Below are positions 8,067 through 18,004 of a stretch of 42,508 nt of DNA, piece after piece. This DNA comes from Deltaproteobacteria bacterium (GTDB lineage Bacteria; Desulfobacterota; Desulfomonilia; UBA1062). The position numbers and the translations under genes are program-made. A model generated the notes under the pieces. That model was not told the origin of the DNA. It saw only the letters and a list, made by a program, of their open reading frames with translations, and did no database searches. How positions within the stretch are numbered: position 1 is the stretch's first letter; the number at the start of each line of letters is the position of its first letter. The stretch lies in the NCBI GenBank assembly GCA_021372395.1, contig JAJFUP010000085.1, forward strand, positions 1 to 42,508. Direction: 5' to 3'.

Positions 8067-9257
8067 ATGGCAGAGAAGAGAAGGATTTATCTCGATAACA
8101 ATGCGACCACGCCCCTCCACCCGGAGGTGAAAAAGACCATACTCTCGGCAATGGAGATCTACGGCAACCCCTCGAGCCTCCACTCCTTCGGGAGACAGGC
8201 GCGAAGCCACGTGGAGCAGGCGAGGGACCATGTGGCGCGCTTCATCGGTGCCTCCAGCGACGAGATCATGTTTGTCGCCAGCGGCTCCGAGGGCAACAAC
8301 ACGATCCTGTCCATCCTCAACTGCGAGTGCAGGGGCTGCGAGTTCAACTCGTGCCGGGATCGGGAGCTCGTCACCACCACCATCGAGCACCCCTGCATCA
8401 TGGAGGCGTCGAAGTGCCTCAAGGAGAGGGGCATGAAGGTGCACTACGCCGGCGTGGACGCGGACGGCAAGGTGGTCATGGACCGGTTCAAGGACCTGGT
8501 CACCGGGAATACCGGCCTGGTCTCCGTGATGATGGCGAACAACGAGATCGGGACCATTCAGGACATCAGGACCCTTTCCGGTATCGCCCATGCAAAAGGG
8601 GCCATGTTCCACACCGATGCGGTCCAGGCAGTGGGCAAGGTGCCGGTGGACGTGAATGACCTCGGCGTGGATTTCCTCACCCTCTCGGGCCACAAGATCT
8701 ACGGTCCCAAGGGGATCGGCGCGGTCTACATCAGGAAGGATTCCCCTTTCTGTCCTCTCATCAGGGGCGGCCACCAGGAACGGGGCAGGCGGGCAGGCAC
8801 CGAGAACACCATCGGCATCGTGGCGCTGGGCAAGGCTATCGAGATGCGGGCCCTCGAGATGGTTGAGGAGGAGAAACGCCTGCTGCAGATGAAGGAGGCC
8901 CTCAGGGAAGGCATCCGAACCAGCATTCCCGACATACACTTCGTGGGGCATCCCACGGACAGCCTGCCGGGAACGCTGAACGTCTCCTTCGATGGGGCCG
9001 AGGGCGAGGCCATCCTCCTCTACCTCGACCTCGAAGGTCTTGCCGTGTCCACGGGTTCGGCATGCGCCTCCGGCTCGCTGGACCCGTCGCACGTAATCCT
9101 GGCCACGGGTCTTCCCCAGGAGTGCGCCCACGGATCGATCCGCTTCAGCCTCGGCAGGGAGAACACCATGGAAGATATCGCCTACTTGCTGGATGTGCTG
9201 CCCAAGGTGATCAGGCGTATCAGAGGCATGTCGACCGCGTATGCAAGGAGGCAGTGA
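8067..9257 (+). CDS. nifS: Cysteine desulfurase, NifS type
   Basis: IYLDNNATTPLHPEV, LSGHKIYGPKGIG (PLP lysine region) and VSTGSACASGS (active-site Cys loop) are present. The start at the ATG at 8067 follows GGAGG. Confidence 0.9.
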   Translation: MAEKRRIYLDNNATTPLHPEVKKTILSAMEIYGNPSSLHSFGRQARSHVEQARDHVARFIGASSDEIMFVASGSEGNNTILSILNCECRGCEFNSCRDRELVTTTIEHPCIMEASKCLKERGMKVHYAGVDADGKVVMDRFKDLVTGNTGLVSVMMANNEIGTIQDIRTLSGIAHAKGAMFHTDAVQAVGKVPVDVNDLGVDFLTLSGHKIYGPKGIGAVYIRKDSPFCPLIRGGHQERGRRAGTENTIGIVALGKAIEMRALEMVEEEKRLLQMKEALREGIRTSIPDIHFVGHPTDSLPGTLNVSFDGAEGEAILLYLDLEGLAVSTGSACASGSLDPSHVILATGLPQECAHGSIRFSLGRENTMEDIAYLLDVLPKVIRRIRGMSTAYARRQ

Positions 9258-9898
9258 TGGAACTGACGAACTGGGCTTATACCGACAAGGTACTCGATCA
9301 CTTCATGCACCCGAAGAACATCCTCGAGGACGAGAAGGCTTACAAGGAAGACGGCAGGGGGATCACCGGAAACATCAAATGCGGCGACCAGATGCTCGTG
9401 GTCATCCAGGTAGACAAGGCCAAGGACGTCATCACCGACTGCAAGTGGAAGACCTTCGGGTGCGCAAGCGCCATCGCCAGCACCTCGGTGCTCTCGGAGA
9501 TGGTCAGGGGCATGAAGATCGAAGACGCCTACAAGCTCTCGCCCAAGGACATCACCAAGGAGCTGGGCGGCCTGCCCGAGCACAAGATCCACTGCTCGGT
9601 GCTGGGCGACAAGGCGCTTCGGGCCGCCATCAACGACTACTATCTCCGCAATGGCATGGAAGATAAAGTGCGCACCGAGGAGGCGCGCATCGTGTGCAGC
9701 TGCATGAACATCACCGACCACGAGATCGAGGAGGCCGTGCTCGAAGGCGCCAGGACCTTCTACGAGCTCCAGGAGAAGACCAAGGTGGGCACGGTGTGCG
9801 GCGAGTGCAAGGACGATGTGCTGAGGCTGCTGGAGTTCTACAAGAACAAGCACTTCTGCAACATCGAAGAGGCCATGCCGGCGAAGACGCCGGCCTAG
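9257..9898 (+). CDS. nifU: NifU-like Fe-S scaffold (IscU-like domain + BFD-like 2Fe-2S domain, no C-terminal Nfu domain)
   Basis: [16 protein letters not shown] and HCSVL form the scaffold cysteines. [12 protein letters not shown]...CGECKDD is the BFD-like motif. The ATG at 9257 overlaps the nifS TGA. Confidence 0.88.
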   Translation: MELTNWAYTDKVLDHFMHPKNILEDEKAYKEDGRGITGNIKCGDQMLVVIQVDKAKDVITDCKWKTFGCASAIASTSVLSEMVRGMKIEDAYKLSPKDITKELGGLPEHKIHCSVLGDKALRAAINDYYLRNGMEDKVRTEEARIVCSCMNITDHEIEEAVLEGARTFYELQEKTKVGTVCGECKDDVLRLLEFYKNKHFCNIEEAMPAKTPA

Positions 9899-9944
9899 GA
9901 CCCCACCGCGTGATGGAACGAAAGAGGAGAGGAGGTTCACTGCG

Positions 9945-10874
<930 letters not shown>

Positions 10875-10956
10875 GAGAAGACACAAGAGTCCCTGGGCGG
10901 AGCTGTCCGGGAGCAGGACTCCCAATGGGAGGCATCGATATGGGCGGAGGTCCACG

Positions 10957-11901
10957 ATGATCAAGGAGATACCAGGCATTGTCCCCAACGGGAATATCAT
11001 CCGCACGGTGGTGGAGGAGCTCTGCAGGCCCGAGTCGTACGACGCGGTGTATCACCGGCCGACCCTGGAGGCCTTCATGCCGTCTCTCGATGCCCTCACG
11101 GAGGTCGTGGAGAGGCTGAGGATGCTCCTCTTCCCCGCCTATTTCAGCGACTCGGAGATGACGCTCGAGTCCATGCCCTACATCGTCGGAAACCACCTGG
11201 AGAAGGTTGAGCGCCTCCTCTCGGAGCAGATCAAAAGGGGTTACGGCTTTTCCTGCGAGATGACCGACCCCCTGGTCTGCATCGACTGCGCCGAGCGCTC
11301 GCTCGGGCTTTCGCGAAAGTTCATCTCCACGATCCCCGAGGTCAGGAGGATGCTCGTCACCGACGTGGAGGCAGCCTACGAGGGCGACCCTGCTGCCAAG
11401 AGCATCGGTGAGACGATCTTCTGCTACCCGAGCATCAAGGCCATGACCAACTACCGCATTGCACACGAGCTGTACCTGCTCGGCGTGGAGATCATCCCGC
11501 GGATCATCACCGAGATGGCCCATTCGGTCACCGGCATCGACATCCACCCCGGCGCCACCATCGGCGAGCGGTTCTTCATCGACCACGGCACCGGTACCGT
11601 GATCGGCGAGACCTGTAACATCGGCAGGAACGTGCGCCTCTACCAGGGGGTGACGCTGGGGGCCAAGAGCTTCCCCAAGGACGATGTCGGCCGGCTTGTC
11701 AAGGGCACACCGCGCCATCCCATCGTGGAGGACGACGTGACCGTCTACGCCGGCACCACCATCCTCGGCAGGATACGCATCGGAAAGGGCTCCGTCATCG
11801 GAGGCAACGTGTGGCTCGACCACGACGTGGCACCTGGTGCCATGGTGATCCAGGGACATAATGCCGAGCCGGTCATCCTGAGCATGTGTGACGGGATCTG
11901 A
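10957..11901 (+). CDS. cysE: Serine O-acetyltransferase (long form)
   Basis: The hexapeptide-repeat region reads IDIHPGATIGERFFIDHGTGTVIGETCNIGRNVRLYQGVTLG. Confidence 0.88.
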   Translation: MIKEIPGIVPNGNIIRTVVEELCRPESYDAVYHRPTLEAFMPSLDALTEVVERLRMLLFPAYFSDSEMTLESMPYIVGNHLEKVERLLSEQIKRGYGFSCEMTDPLVCIDCAERSLGLSRKFISTIPEVRRMLVTDVEAAYEGDPAAKSIGETIFCYPSIKAMTNYRIAHELYLLGVEIIPRIITEMAHSVTGIDIHPGATIGERFFIDHGTGTVIGETCNIGRNVRLYQGVTLGAKSFPKDDVGRLVKGTPRHPIVEDDVTVYAGTTILGRIRIGKGSVIGGNVWLDHDVAPGAMVIQGHNAEPVILSMCDGI

Positions 11902-12838
11902 GGCAGTGCCGGGTCTGTCGTTCCACTCCAGGACGAAGATACGCATCCGGGCACTGGGCACGCTGCTCCTGTTGACACTCCTCGTTGCCCTCCCCACCGG
12001 CGCGGGGGCTGTTCAGGCCGATCAGGCAAAACCGACGCACGTGTTCCTGTGGTCGGTGAAAGGCAAGGGATGCACGGCGTTTCTGCTGGGTTCACTCCAT
12101 GCATCCACCAGGGGACTCTATCCGCTCGATGTCCGCATCCTGAAGGCCTATGCTTTCTGCCCCAGGGGGGTGTTCGAGGCGGACATAAACGAGGCCGGCT
12201 CAGCGAAGGCCAGAGAGATGATGCTTGAGCGCGGCACCTACCCCAAAGGGCAGACCCTGCAGCAGAACGTCTCGGTAAAGACCTACCGCATGCTCCAGGA
12301 GCGTCTCAAGCTCCTTGGCCTGGAAGAGGGCAGGTTCGCGCAGATGAGGCCGTGGCTCGTGTCGGTGACTTTGGCCGGCCTCGAGCTCAAGAGGCTCGGG
12401 TTTGACGCCGGAAACGGCATCGATGCCCACTTTCTCCGTAAGGCCCGCACGGATGGCAAAAAGGTGGTCTTTTTTGAGACGGCCGGCCAGCAGATCGATA
12501 TGCTCGCCCGGGCACTGTCCGACAGGCAGGAAGACCTTTTGAGGCAGACCATGGAAGAGCTCGACGTGATCAGACAGAGCTCAACCGATTTGGAGAGCGC
12601 CTGGAAAAGGGGAGATGCCGCTCGGATCGAAGCCCTCACCAGGAAAAGCCTCAAGGGATACCCGGCCATTGAAAAGAAGCTTTTCGTGGAGCGCAACACT
12701 GCCTGGACAGGGAAGATCGAGAAGCTCCTGGCGCAGGAGGGCGACGTGCTCGTTGTCGTGGGGGCAGCACACCTCGTGGGGGAAAACGGGCTCATCGAGC
12801 TGCTGAAGCGAAAGGGCTACGAGCCGGTGCAGGAATGA
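11888..12838 (+). CDS. TraB/GumN-family protein with N-terminal signal peptide
   Basis: Motifs are FLWSVKGKGCTAFLLGSLH and VVVGAAHLVGENGLIELLKRKGY. A hydrophobic leader reads LGTLLLLTLLVALPTGAGAVQA. The GTG start overlaps the cysE end, and its exact position is uncertain. Confidence 0.7.
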   Translation: MTGSEAVPGLSFHSRTKIRIRALGTLLLLTLLVALPTGAGAVQADQAKPTHVFLWSVKGKGCTAFLLGSLHASTRGLYPLDVRILKAYAFCPRGVFEADINEAGSAKAREMMLERGTYPKGQTLQQNVSVKTYRMLQERLKLLGLEEGRFAQMRPWLVSVTLAGLELKRLGFDAGNGIDAHFLRKARTDGKKVVFFETAGQQIDMLARALSDRQEDLLRQTMEELDVIRQSSTDLESAWKRGDAARIEALTRKSLKGYPAIEKKLFVERNTAWTGKIEKLLAQEGDVLVVVGAAHLVGENGLIELLKRKGYEPVQE

Positions 12839-13379
12839 CGGGCGACCGGGTGCGTATGACCGTCTGCAGGTGAAGGGTAGGGGAAGAAAACGTGGGACAC
12901 CCCATGCTCCACAGGTTATCCTTGTCGGTAAGTTCGTTTTGATATGCACCCCTTTCCCCATGTCGTTGAAAAACAGTATCAGTGTGGTTTTTGTGCTGCC
13001 CCTGTTTCTTGCTGGAAATAGTTGGGCCCCGATATCCCCATTTAACCCCAAAAGAATTTGAATTATAATCCGTTGATAGTTCTGCTTAACAATGTTTTTA
13101 TCCAGATATGTCGAATTTTTGATCAGGCCTCCGGGAGCGTGGTGGATGTCACCTGCCTGGGTTTGATCTGCCTGATATTTCCATAAGCAACCAAGAAGAT
13201 GAACTTTCCGAGAACAATGCGTGCAGCCTCTGCTCTTGTCGGGAGATCAATGTATAGGAAAATGTCCTACGCAATAGATTAGCATCCTACAAAACAATCG
13301 TTTTTAAGCCGATGGACACCCTTCATTGACATGCTTATTATGCGCAACGAAGCATAAATATCTTACACAGGAGGAAAGC

Positions 13380-14255
13380 ATGTTCAGAACCTTAAAGCCT
13401 TTTGAATACCTCGAGCCCAAAAGTCTCGAGGAGGCAACAGGTGCTCTGTCCAAATGCGGGACAGAGGCAAAAGTGTATGCTGCCGGCGTAGATCTGGTGC
13501 CTCGGATGCGCAAACGCATCATCGCTCCGAAATGCATCGTCAATCTCCAGCGCATCGATGAAATGGATGATGTGATTGCAAGCAATAAAGACGGTGCGAG
13601 GATCGGTGCCCTGGCGAGTCTCCGTTCCATCGAGCTTTCGGCGCTGATCAAGGAAAGGTACTTCGTGCTCCATGAGGCCATCGCCAGCATCGCATCGATC
13701 CAGGTAAAGACACAGGGTACTGCCGTGGGCAACCTGTGCGTGGCAACCCCTGCCTCTGATGTGGCTCCTGCCCTTTTCGTTCTGGATGCCAAGATCAAGG
13801 CGGTCGGACCCTCCGGCGAAAGATTGATCCCCATTGATGAATTCTACCTTGGAGTGGGAAAGACCGTCCTGGGACCGAACGAAATAATCACGGAAATCCT
13901 GCTTCCCAAAGCCCCGGCCAATACCGGAGGGGGATTTGCAAAGCTGGTGAGAACTGTATCCGACATCGCCAAGGTGAACGCGGCGGCAGAGCTGACCATG
14001 GAAAAAGGTGTCTGCAAGGAAGTCAGGATAGCCGTCGGCTCGGTGGCCCCCACCGTGTTGAGAATGAAGAAGGCCGAGGATGTGTTGAGGGGGAATAAGA
14101 TCGATCAGAACCTGATCGAAAAGGCTGCCAGCGCTGCTGCGGATGCGGTGAAGCCGATAACAGACATCCGTTCTACGGCGGAATACAGGAAAGATACGAC
14201 CAAGGTGCTGGTGAAGCGCGTCTTAGAGAAAGCGCTGGAAAGAACGAAGGCATAG
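13380..14255 (+). CDS. Molybdenum hydroxylase FAD-binding medium subunit (CoxM/XdhB-like)
   Basis: MFRTLKPFEYLEPKSLEEA, AGGVDLVP and TAVGNLC are typical of the FAD_binding_5 / CO_deh_flav_C family. GGAGGA lies upstream of the ATG at 13380. Confidence 0.85.
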   Translation: MFRTLKPFEYLEPKSLEEATGALSKCGTEAKVYAAGVDLVPRMRKRIIAPKCIVNLQRIDEMDDVIASNKDGARIGALASLRSIELSALIKERYFVLHEAIASIASIQVKTQGTAVGNLCVATPASDVAPALFVLDAKIKAVGPSGERLIPIDEFYLGVGKTVLGPNEIITEILLPKAPANTGGGFAKLVRTVSDIAKVNAAAELTMEKGVCKEVRIAVGSVAPTVLRMKKAEDVLRGNKIDQNLIEKAASAAADAVKPITDIRSTAEYRKDTTKVLVKRVLEKALERTKA

Positions 14256-14270
14256 TCAAGGAGACGACTC

Positions 14271-14735
14271 ATGAAGAAAGAGATCCTGAATTTCAAAGTA
14301 AATGGCACTCCCTACGAGATAGAGGTGGAGCCCCAGATGACTCTGAATGAGGTCCTGAGGGAACAGCTCAACCTCACCGGTACGAAGATCAGCTGTGCAG
14401 AAGGTGAGTGTGGCGCCTGTACCGTCCTGGTCGACGGCAAGCCCGAGCTCTCCTGCAGCATGCTGGCACTGGCTGCCAGGGACAAGGACATTACGACCAT
14501 CGAAGGACTCGCCAAGGATGGAGAGCTTCACAAAATTCAGAAGGGCTTCATCGAAAAGGGCGCCATCCAGTGCGGCTTCTGCTCGCCCGGCATGATGCTT
14601 ATGATCAAGGCCCTCTTGGACGAAAACCCCAATCCCACCAAGGAAGAGATCACGGCATACATAGCCGGCAACCTGTGTAGGTGTACAGGCTATGTGAAGA
14701 TAATCGACGCTGCGAAGGCTGCAGCTGAGGCATAA
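14271..14735 (+). CDS. Molybdenum hydroxylase 2Fe-2S small subunit (CoxS/XdhC-iron-sulfur-like)
   Basis: CAEGECGACTV is the plant-type cluster motif. QCGFCSPGM ... CRCTGY is the second cluster motif. Confidence 0.9.
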   Translation: MKKEILNFKVNGTPYEIEVEPQMTLNEVLREQLNLTGTKISCAEGECGACTVLVDGKPELSCSMLALAARDKDITTIEGLAKDGELHKIQKGFIEKGAIQCGFCSPGMMLMIKALLDENPNPTKEEITAYIAGNLCRCTGYVKIIDAAKAAAEA

Positions 14736-14737
14736 CC

Positions 14738-17065
14738 ATGGAGGTGAATGATATGAATAAGGAATTCACTGCTGTAGGGAAGCGAATTACACAGAAGGAT
14801 GTGGTGCTGAAAGCCACGGGAGAAGCAATATTCGTACCCGACGTAAAGCTTCAGGGGCAGCTCTGGGGAAAGATTCTGCACAGCAAATATGCACATGCCA
14901 AGTTCACAATCGACAAAACCAGGGCCTTGGCACTCCCCGGCGTGGTCTGCGTGATCACCTATGAAGACACGCCCAAGATACCGTATTGCCGTTCATTCCG
15001 CGATATGCCCATGACTGCGAGCGGACAGCTACAACATTCCGATGAGTTCATCCTGGCCGACAAGGCACGTTTCGTGGGTGACCCGATCGCTGCAGTGGCT
15101 GCCGTGGATGAGAAGACTGCAGAGGCAGCCATCGAGTTGCTCGAAGCCGATGTGAAATACGAGGTGCTGCCGTTCGTCATCGACCCGCGCGACGCCCTGA
15201 AACCTGGTGCCCCGGTGATCCACGATTATTCGCCGAACAACAACCCGGTGAACTCAACCCCTCCTCCATGGCTGGCTATAGGAGATCTGGAGAAAGGCTT
15301 TGCCGAGTCCGATCTCGTGGTCGAGGATAATTTCTATTGCTCGAGGCAGATACAGAGCCACCTGGAAACGCAGTCATGTTGCGCCACCGTGGACTCTAAC
15401 AACAAAATTACCGTCTACAGCCCGAATCAGCTGGCACATCCGTTCAGACGCGAGTTGGGGAAGATGTTCAACCATCCTGTGGGCAAGATCAACGTAGTCA
15501 CCCCCTATGTGGGAGGGAGCTTCGGCTGCAGGCTGAGCTGCCACACCGAGCCCATTTGTGTCATGCTGGCACTCAAAACCCGCAAGCCGGTGAAGCTCGT
15601 AAACTCAAAGGAAGAGGATTTCACGACCATCGACGCAAGAACGCCGCATTATCTCCATGCCAAGCTGGGCTTGAAGAAAGACGGCACTCTCCATGCCATG
15701 GAGCTCAATGTCACGACATGGGGCGGAGGATACGTGAGCCGTGCCATGCTCGCAGGCGGAATCATGCTTATCTGGGGCCTGGGACACTACCGTTGTCCCA
15801 ACATGAACGGGTCATGTAAACTTGCCTACACCAACACCCCATTAGGAGGAGCCATGCGCGGCTTCGGCAACCCCGAGGTCATGTGGGGCATCGATCAGTT
15901 GATGGACAGGGCATGCGTGGAGCTCGGGCTCGATCCGGTTGAGATGACCTTGAAGAACACCAAGCATGCGGGCGAAACGTGCAACACGGGTCTCCCCATC
16001 GAGAGCACCTACATCGATGACTGCATCAACGAAGGCGCCAAGGCCATCGGCTGGAAAGAGAAGCGCGGCAAGAACAAGGGCGGGACCAAGACACTGAAAC
16101 GGGGTGTGGGCATGTCCACCATGACGCACTGCAGCGGTGCATGGCCCCTGTTGCTGGAGCACTCCGGCGCCATAATAAAATTCAACGAGGACGGTTCGGC
16201 AAATCTCATCATCAACCCCGGCTCACCCGGTACGCACATCTATGGCTCTCTCTCTCAGGTAGCGGCAGAGGTGCTCGGGATTTCGGTAGACGACATCTAT
16301 GTGGTTGCCGGAGAGACAGAGAAGACCCTCTTCGACCTCGGGTCCCATGCCAGCCGGTCAATGTATGTCACAGGTCATGCGGTTAGAATAGCGGCAGAAG
16401 AGGCAAGGAAAGAACTACTGGCTTATGCAGCCAAGATGTTGGCCGAAACGCCGGACGATCTTGATATCAAGGACGGGCAGGTCTTCGTGAAGGCGAACCC
16501 CGGCAAGAAAATCTCCGTTGCCAAGGTAAGCGCTACCGCCATCTACGGTGCACGGGGTGACGGTCATACGATATCCGGTAAGGGTTGCTTTGTCCCCCAC
16601 CACAACTCACCTCCTACAGCAGCCTACTTTGCCGAGGTTGAAGTGGATACAGAGACCGGTGTCACAAAGGTATTGAACTTTGTTTCAGCGGTAGACTGCG
16701 GAAAGGCCATCAACCCGATGACCGTGGAAGGACAGTGCGAAGGCGGCGTACAGCAGGGACTTGGATACGGCCTCACCGAGGACTATGTCTTTAACCCGGC
16801 TACCGGCGCTACTGCGACCGGCAACTTTACCACGTACAAGATTCCCGGTGCTCCGGACATGCCATTGGAAACCAAGATAATCATCATAGACAAACCCGAT
16901 CCCAAAGGTCCCTTCGGAGCCAAAGGTGTCGGCGAGCCCGGCCTGGTTGGAATTGCACCGGCGATCATGAACGCCATCCACGATGCCGTCGGGGTGAGGG
17001 TCACAGATCTTCCGATAAAACCAGAGGCGATCTTGAAGGCACTCAAGGAGAAGGCATCCAAGTAA
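14738..17065 (+). CDS. Molybdenum hydroxylase large molybdopterin-binding subunit (xanthine dehydrogenase / aldehyde oxidoreductase family)
   Basis: The protein is 775 aa. It has GGSFGCR, GAMRGFG and a C-terminal KGVGEPG carrying the catalytic Glu. An alternative start at the ATG at 14753 follows GGAGGTG. Confidence 0.88.
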   Translation: MEVNDMNKEFTAVGKRITQKDVVLKATGEAIFVPDVKLQGQLWGKILHSKYAHAKFTIDKTRALALPGVVCVITYEDTPKIPYCRSFRDMPMTASGQLQHSDEFILADKARFVGDPIAAVAAVDEKTAEAAIELLEADVKYEVLPFVIDPRDALKPGAPVIHDYSPNNNPVNSTPPPWLAIGDLEKGFAESDLVVEDNFYCSRQIQSHLETQSCCATVDSNNKITVYSPNQLAHPFRRELGKMFNHPVGKINVVTPYVGGSFGCRLSCHTEPICVMLALKTRKPVKLVNSKEEDFTTIDARTPHYLHAKLGLKKDGTLHAMELNVTTWGGGYVSRAMLAGGIMLIWGLGHYRCPNMNGSCKLAYTNTPLGGAMRGFGNPEVMWGIDQLMDRACVELGLDPVEMTLKNTKHAGETCNTGLPIESTYIDDCINEGAKAIGWKEKRGKNKGGTKTLKRGVGMSTMTHCSGAWPLLLEHSGAIIKFNEDGSANLIINPGSPGTHIYGSLSQVAAEVLGISVDDIYVVAGETEKTLFDLGSHASRSMYVTGHAVRIAAEEARKELLAYAAKMLAETPDDLDIKDGQVFVKANPGKKISVAKVSATAIYGARGDGHTISGKGCFVPHHNSPPTAAYFAEVEVDTETGVTKVLNFVSAVDCGKAINPMTVEGQCEGGVQQGLGYGLTEDYVFNPATGATATGNFTTYKIPGAPDMPLETKIIIIDKPDPKGPFGAKGVGEPGLVGIAPAIMNAIHDAVGVRVTDLPIKPEAILKALKEKASK

Positions 17066-17151
17066 TGCAGGCAGGAACTGCGACAGAAGAGATTGCGGCC
17101 CAAAGTTCCGCCGTAACCATTCGAATCTCTTCTTTTATATAAACAGGTGGC

Positions 17152-17206
17152 CATGCGAAGGGCTGGAACGGAATTCATGTGATCATTGAATCCAGCCCTT
17201 CGCATG
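17152..17206. repeat. Perfect 16-bp inverted repeat with 23-nt spacer (strong hairpin or palindromic site)
   Basis: CATGCGAAGGGCTGGA (17152-17167) is the exact reverse complement of TCCAGCCCTTCGCATG (17191-17206). The loop has additional TTCA/TGAA pairing. Confidence 0.6.
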
Positions 17207-17357
17207 CACCCACCAGACAGTTGCCGGATGGTCCGGCAGGACAAAAAGGGAAGGGGAAGTGATCATGGCGGCATGGCAAGCATGGACGAACATGAACGGA
17301 ACCCGGTTTCCCCTGGATACCCTGCCGTGGCACTGGAGAGGGTAAATTTTTTTCGAA

Positions 17358-17380
17358 GAGTATTCCGGATTGGAATACTC
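17358..17380. promoter_or_regulatory. Perfect 9-5-9 inverted repeat, candidate PadR operator
   Basis: The sequence is GAGTATTCC-ggatt-GGAATACTC. It lies 30 nt upstream of the preferred padR start. Confidence 0.4.
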
Positions 17381-17409
17381 CGATGTGGAAGGCCAACTGG
17401 AGCAGGGAG

Positions 17410-17949
17410 ATGAGAAATCAGGAGACAACGGAATACGTGGTGCTGGGAGTCCTGATGACAGGCGCGATGCATGGGTACGAGATCAACAGATTCATGTCCG
17501 AAACCCTGGAAGGCATCTGGCATATCAGCACCAGTCAGCTGTACGCCCTGATTCATAAACTCGAGGAAAAGGCAATGGTGAAGGGTCGCATCTCCTCCCG
17601 GGAGAATCTGCTCCCCAAAAAAGTTCTTACCCTCACGCCGGAAGGGAAAAGAAAATTCCTTGACTGGGTGATGAGCCCCACCTTGCATGTTCGGGATCTG
17701 CGAATGGAGTTCCTGACAAAACTTTTTTTCATCCGGGACCTGAAGCTCCAGGGAGGGGATCGGCTCGTCGATGCACAGATGGATCTGCTCAAGGATTTAC
17801 GAGAAAAGGTGGAGAATGCATGGAGCCTGGAGAAGGATGTGTACAGAAAGGTCGTCCTGGGGTTCAAACGGTCCCAGATAGAAGTCTGTGTGAGCTGGCT
17901 GAATTCGGATGTAGTCCATTTCATCGAAATCCTGGGAGAGCAGGGATGA
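17410..17949 (+). CDS. PadR-family transcriptional regulator
   Basis: The winged HTH reads YVVLGVLMTGAMHGYEINRFMSE...STSQLYALIHKLEEKAMV. The ATG at 17410 is preceded by GGAG. The ORF-track start at 17383 is also possible. Confidence 0.8.
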   Translation: MRNQETTEYVVLGVLMTGAMHGYEINRFMSETLEGIWHISTSQLYALIHKLEEKAMVKGRISSRENLLPKKVLTLTPEGKRKFLDWVMSPTLHVRDLRMEFLTKLFFIRDLKLQGGDRLVDAQMDLLKDLREKVENAWSLEKDVYRKVVLGFKRSQIEVCVSWLNSDVVHFIEILGEQG

Positions 17950-18004
17950 TAATGAGCGAGGTTGGATCCTTTTCCAGGTTTTGCACGGAGGTATGAGGAA
18001 GGGC

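Noticed and set aside
7696-8130. A 144-aa plus-strand ORF fills the divergent intergenic region and runs into nifS.
   Set aside because: It has no motifs and mixed codon bias, and it overlaps the well-supported nifS start. The region is better explained as a divergent promoter region. It contains a palindromic ATTATAAT at about 7744-7751.
12870-13061. A 63-aa ORF lies in the AT-rich leader and has a hydrophobic stretch.
   Set aside because: It has no RBS, its composition is atypical for genes in this window, and I recognise no family. Its hydrophobicity is expected from translating T-rich DNA.
13326-13360. TTGACA at 13326-13331 could be the -35 box for the hydroxylase operon.
   Set aside because: No acceptable -10 hexamer lies at 16-18 nt spacing. 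The nearest TAAATA is about 23 nt away. The TATAAT at 13063-13068 is reported instead, as a weak candidate, in the leader finding.
14984-15001. YCRSFR in the large Mo subunit resembles the AYxCSFR active-site loop signature of form I CO dehydrogenase.
   Set aside because: It lies at residues 83-88, far from the position of the CODH active-site loop (mid-protein). No other CODH-specific feature is evident. It is most likely coincidental.
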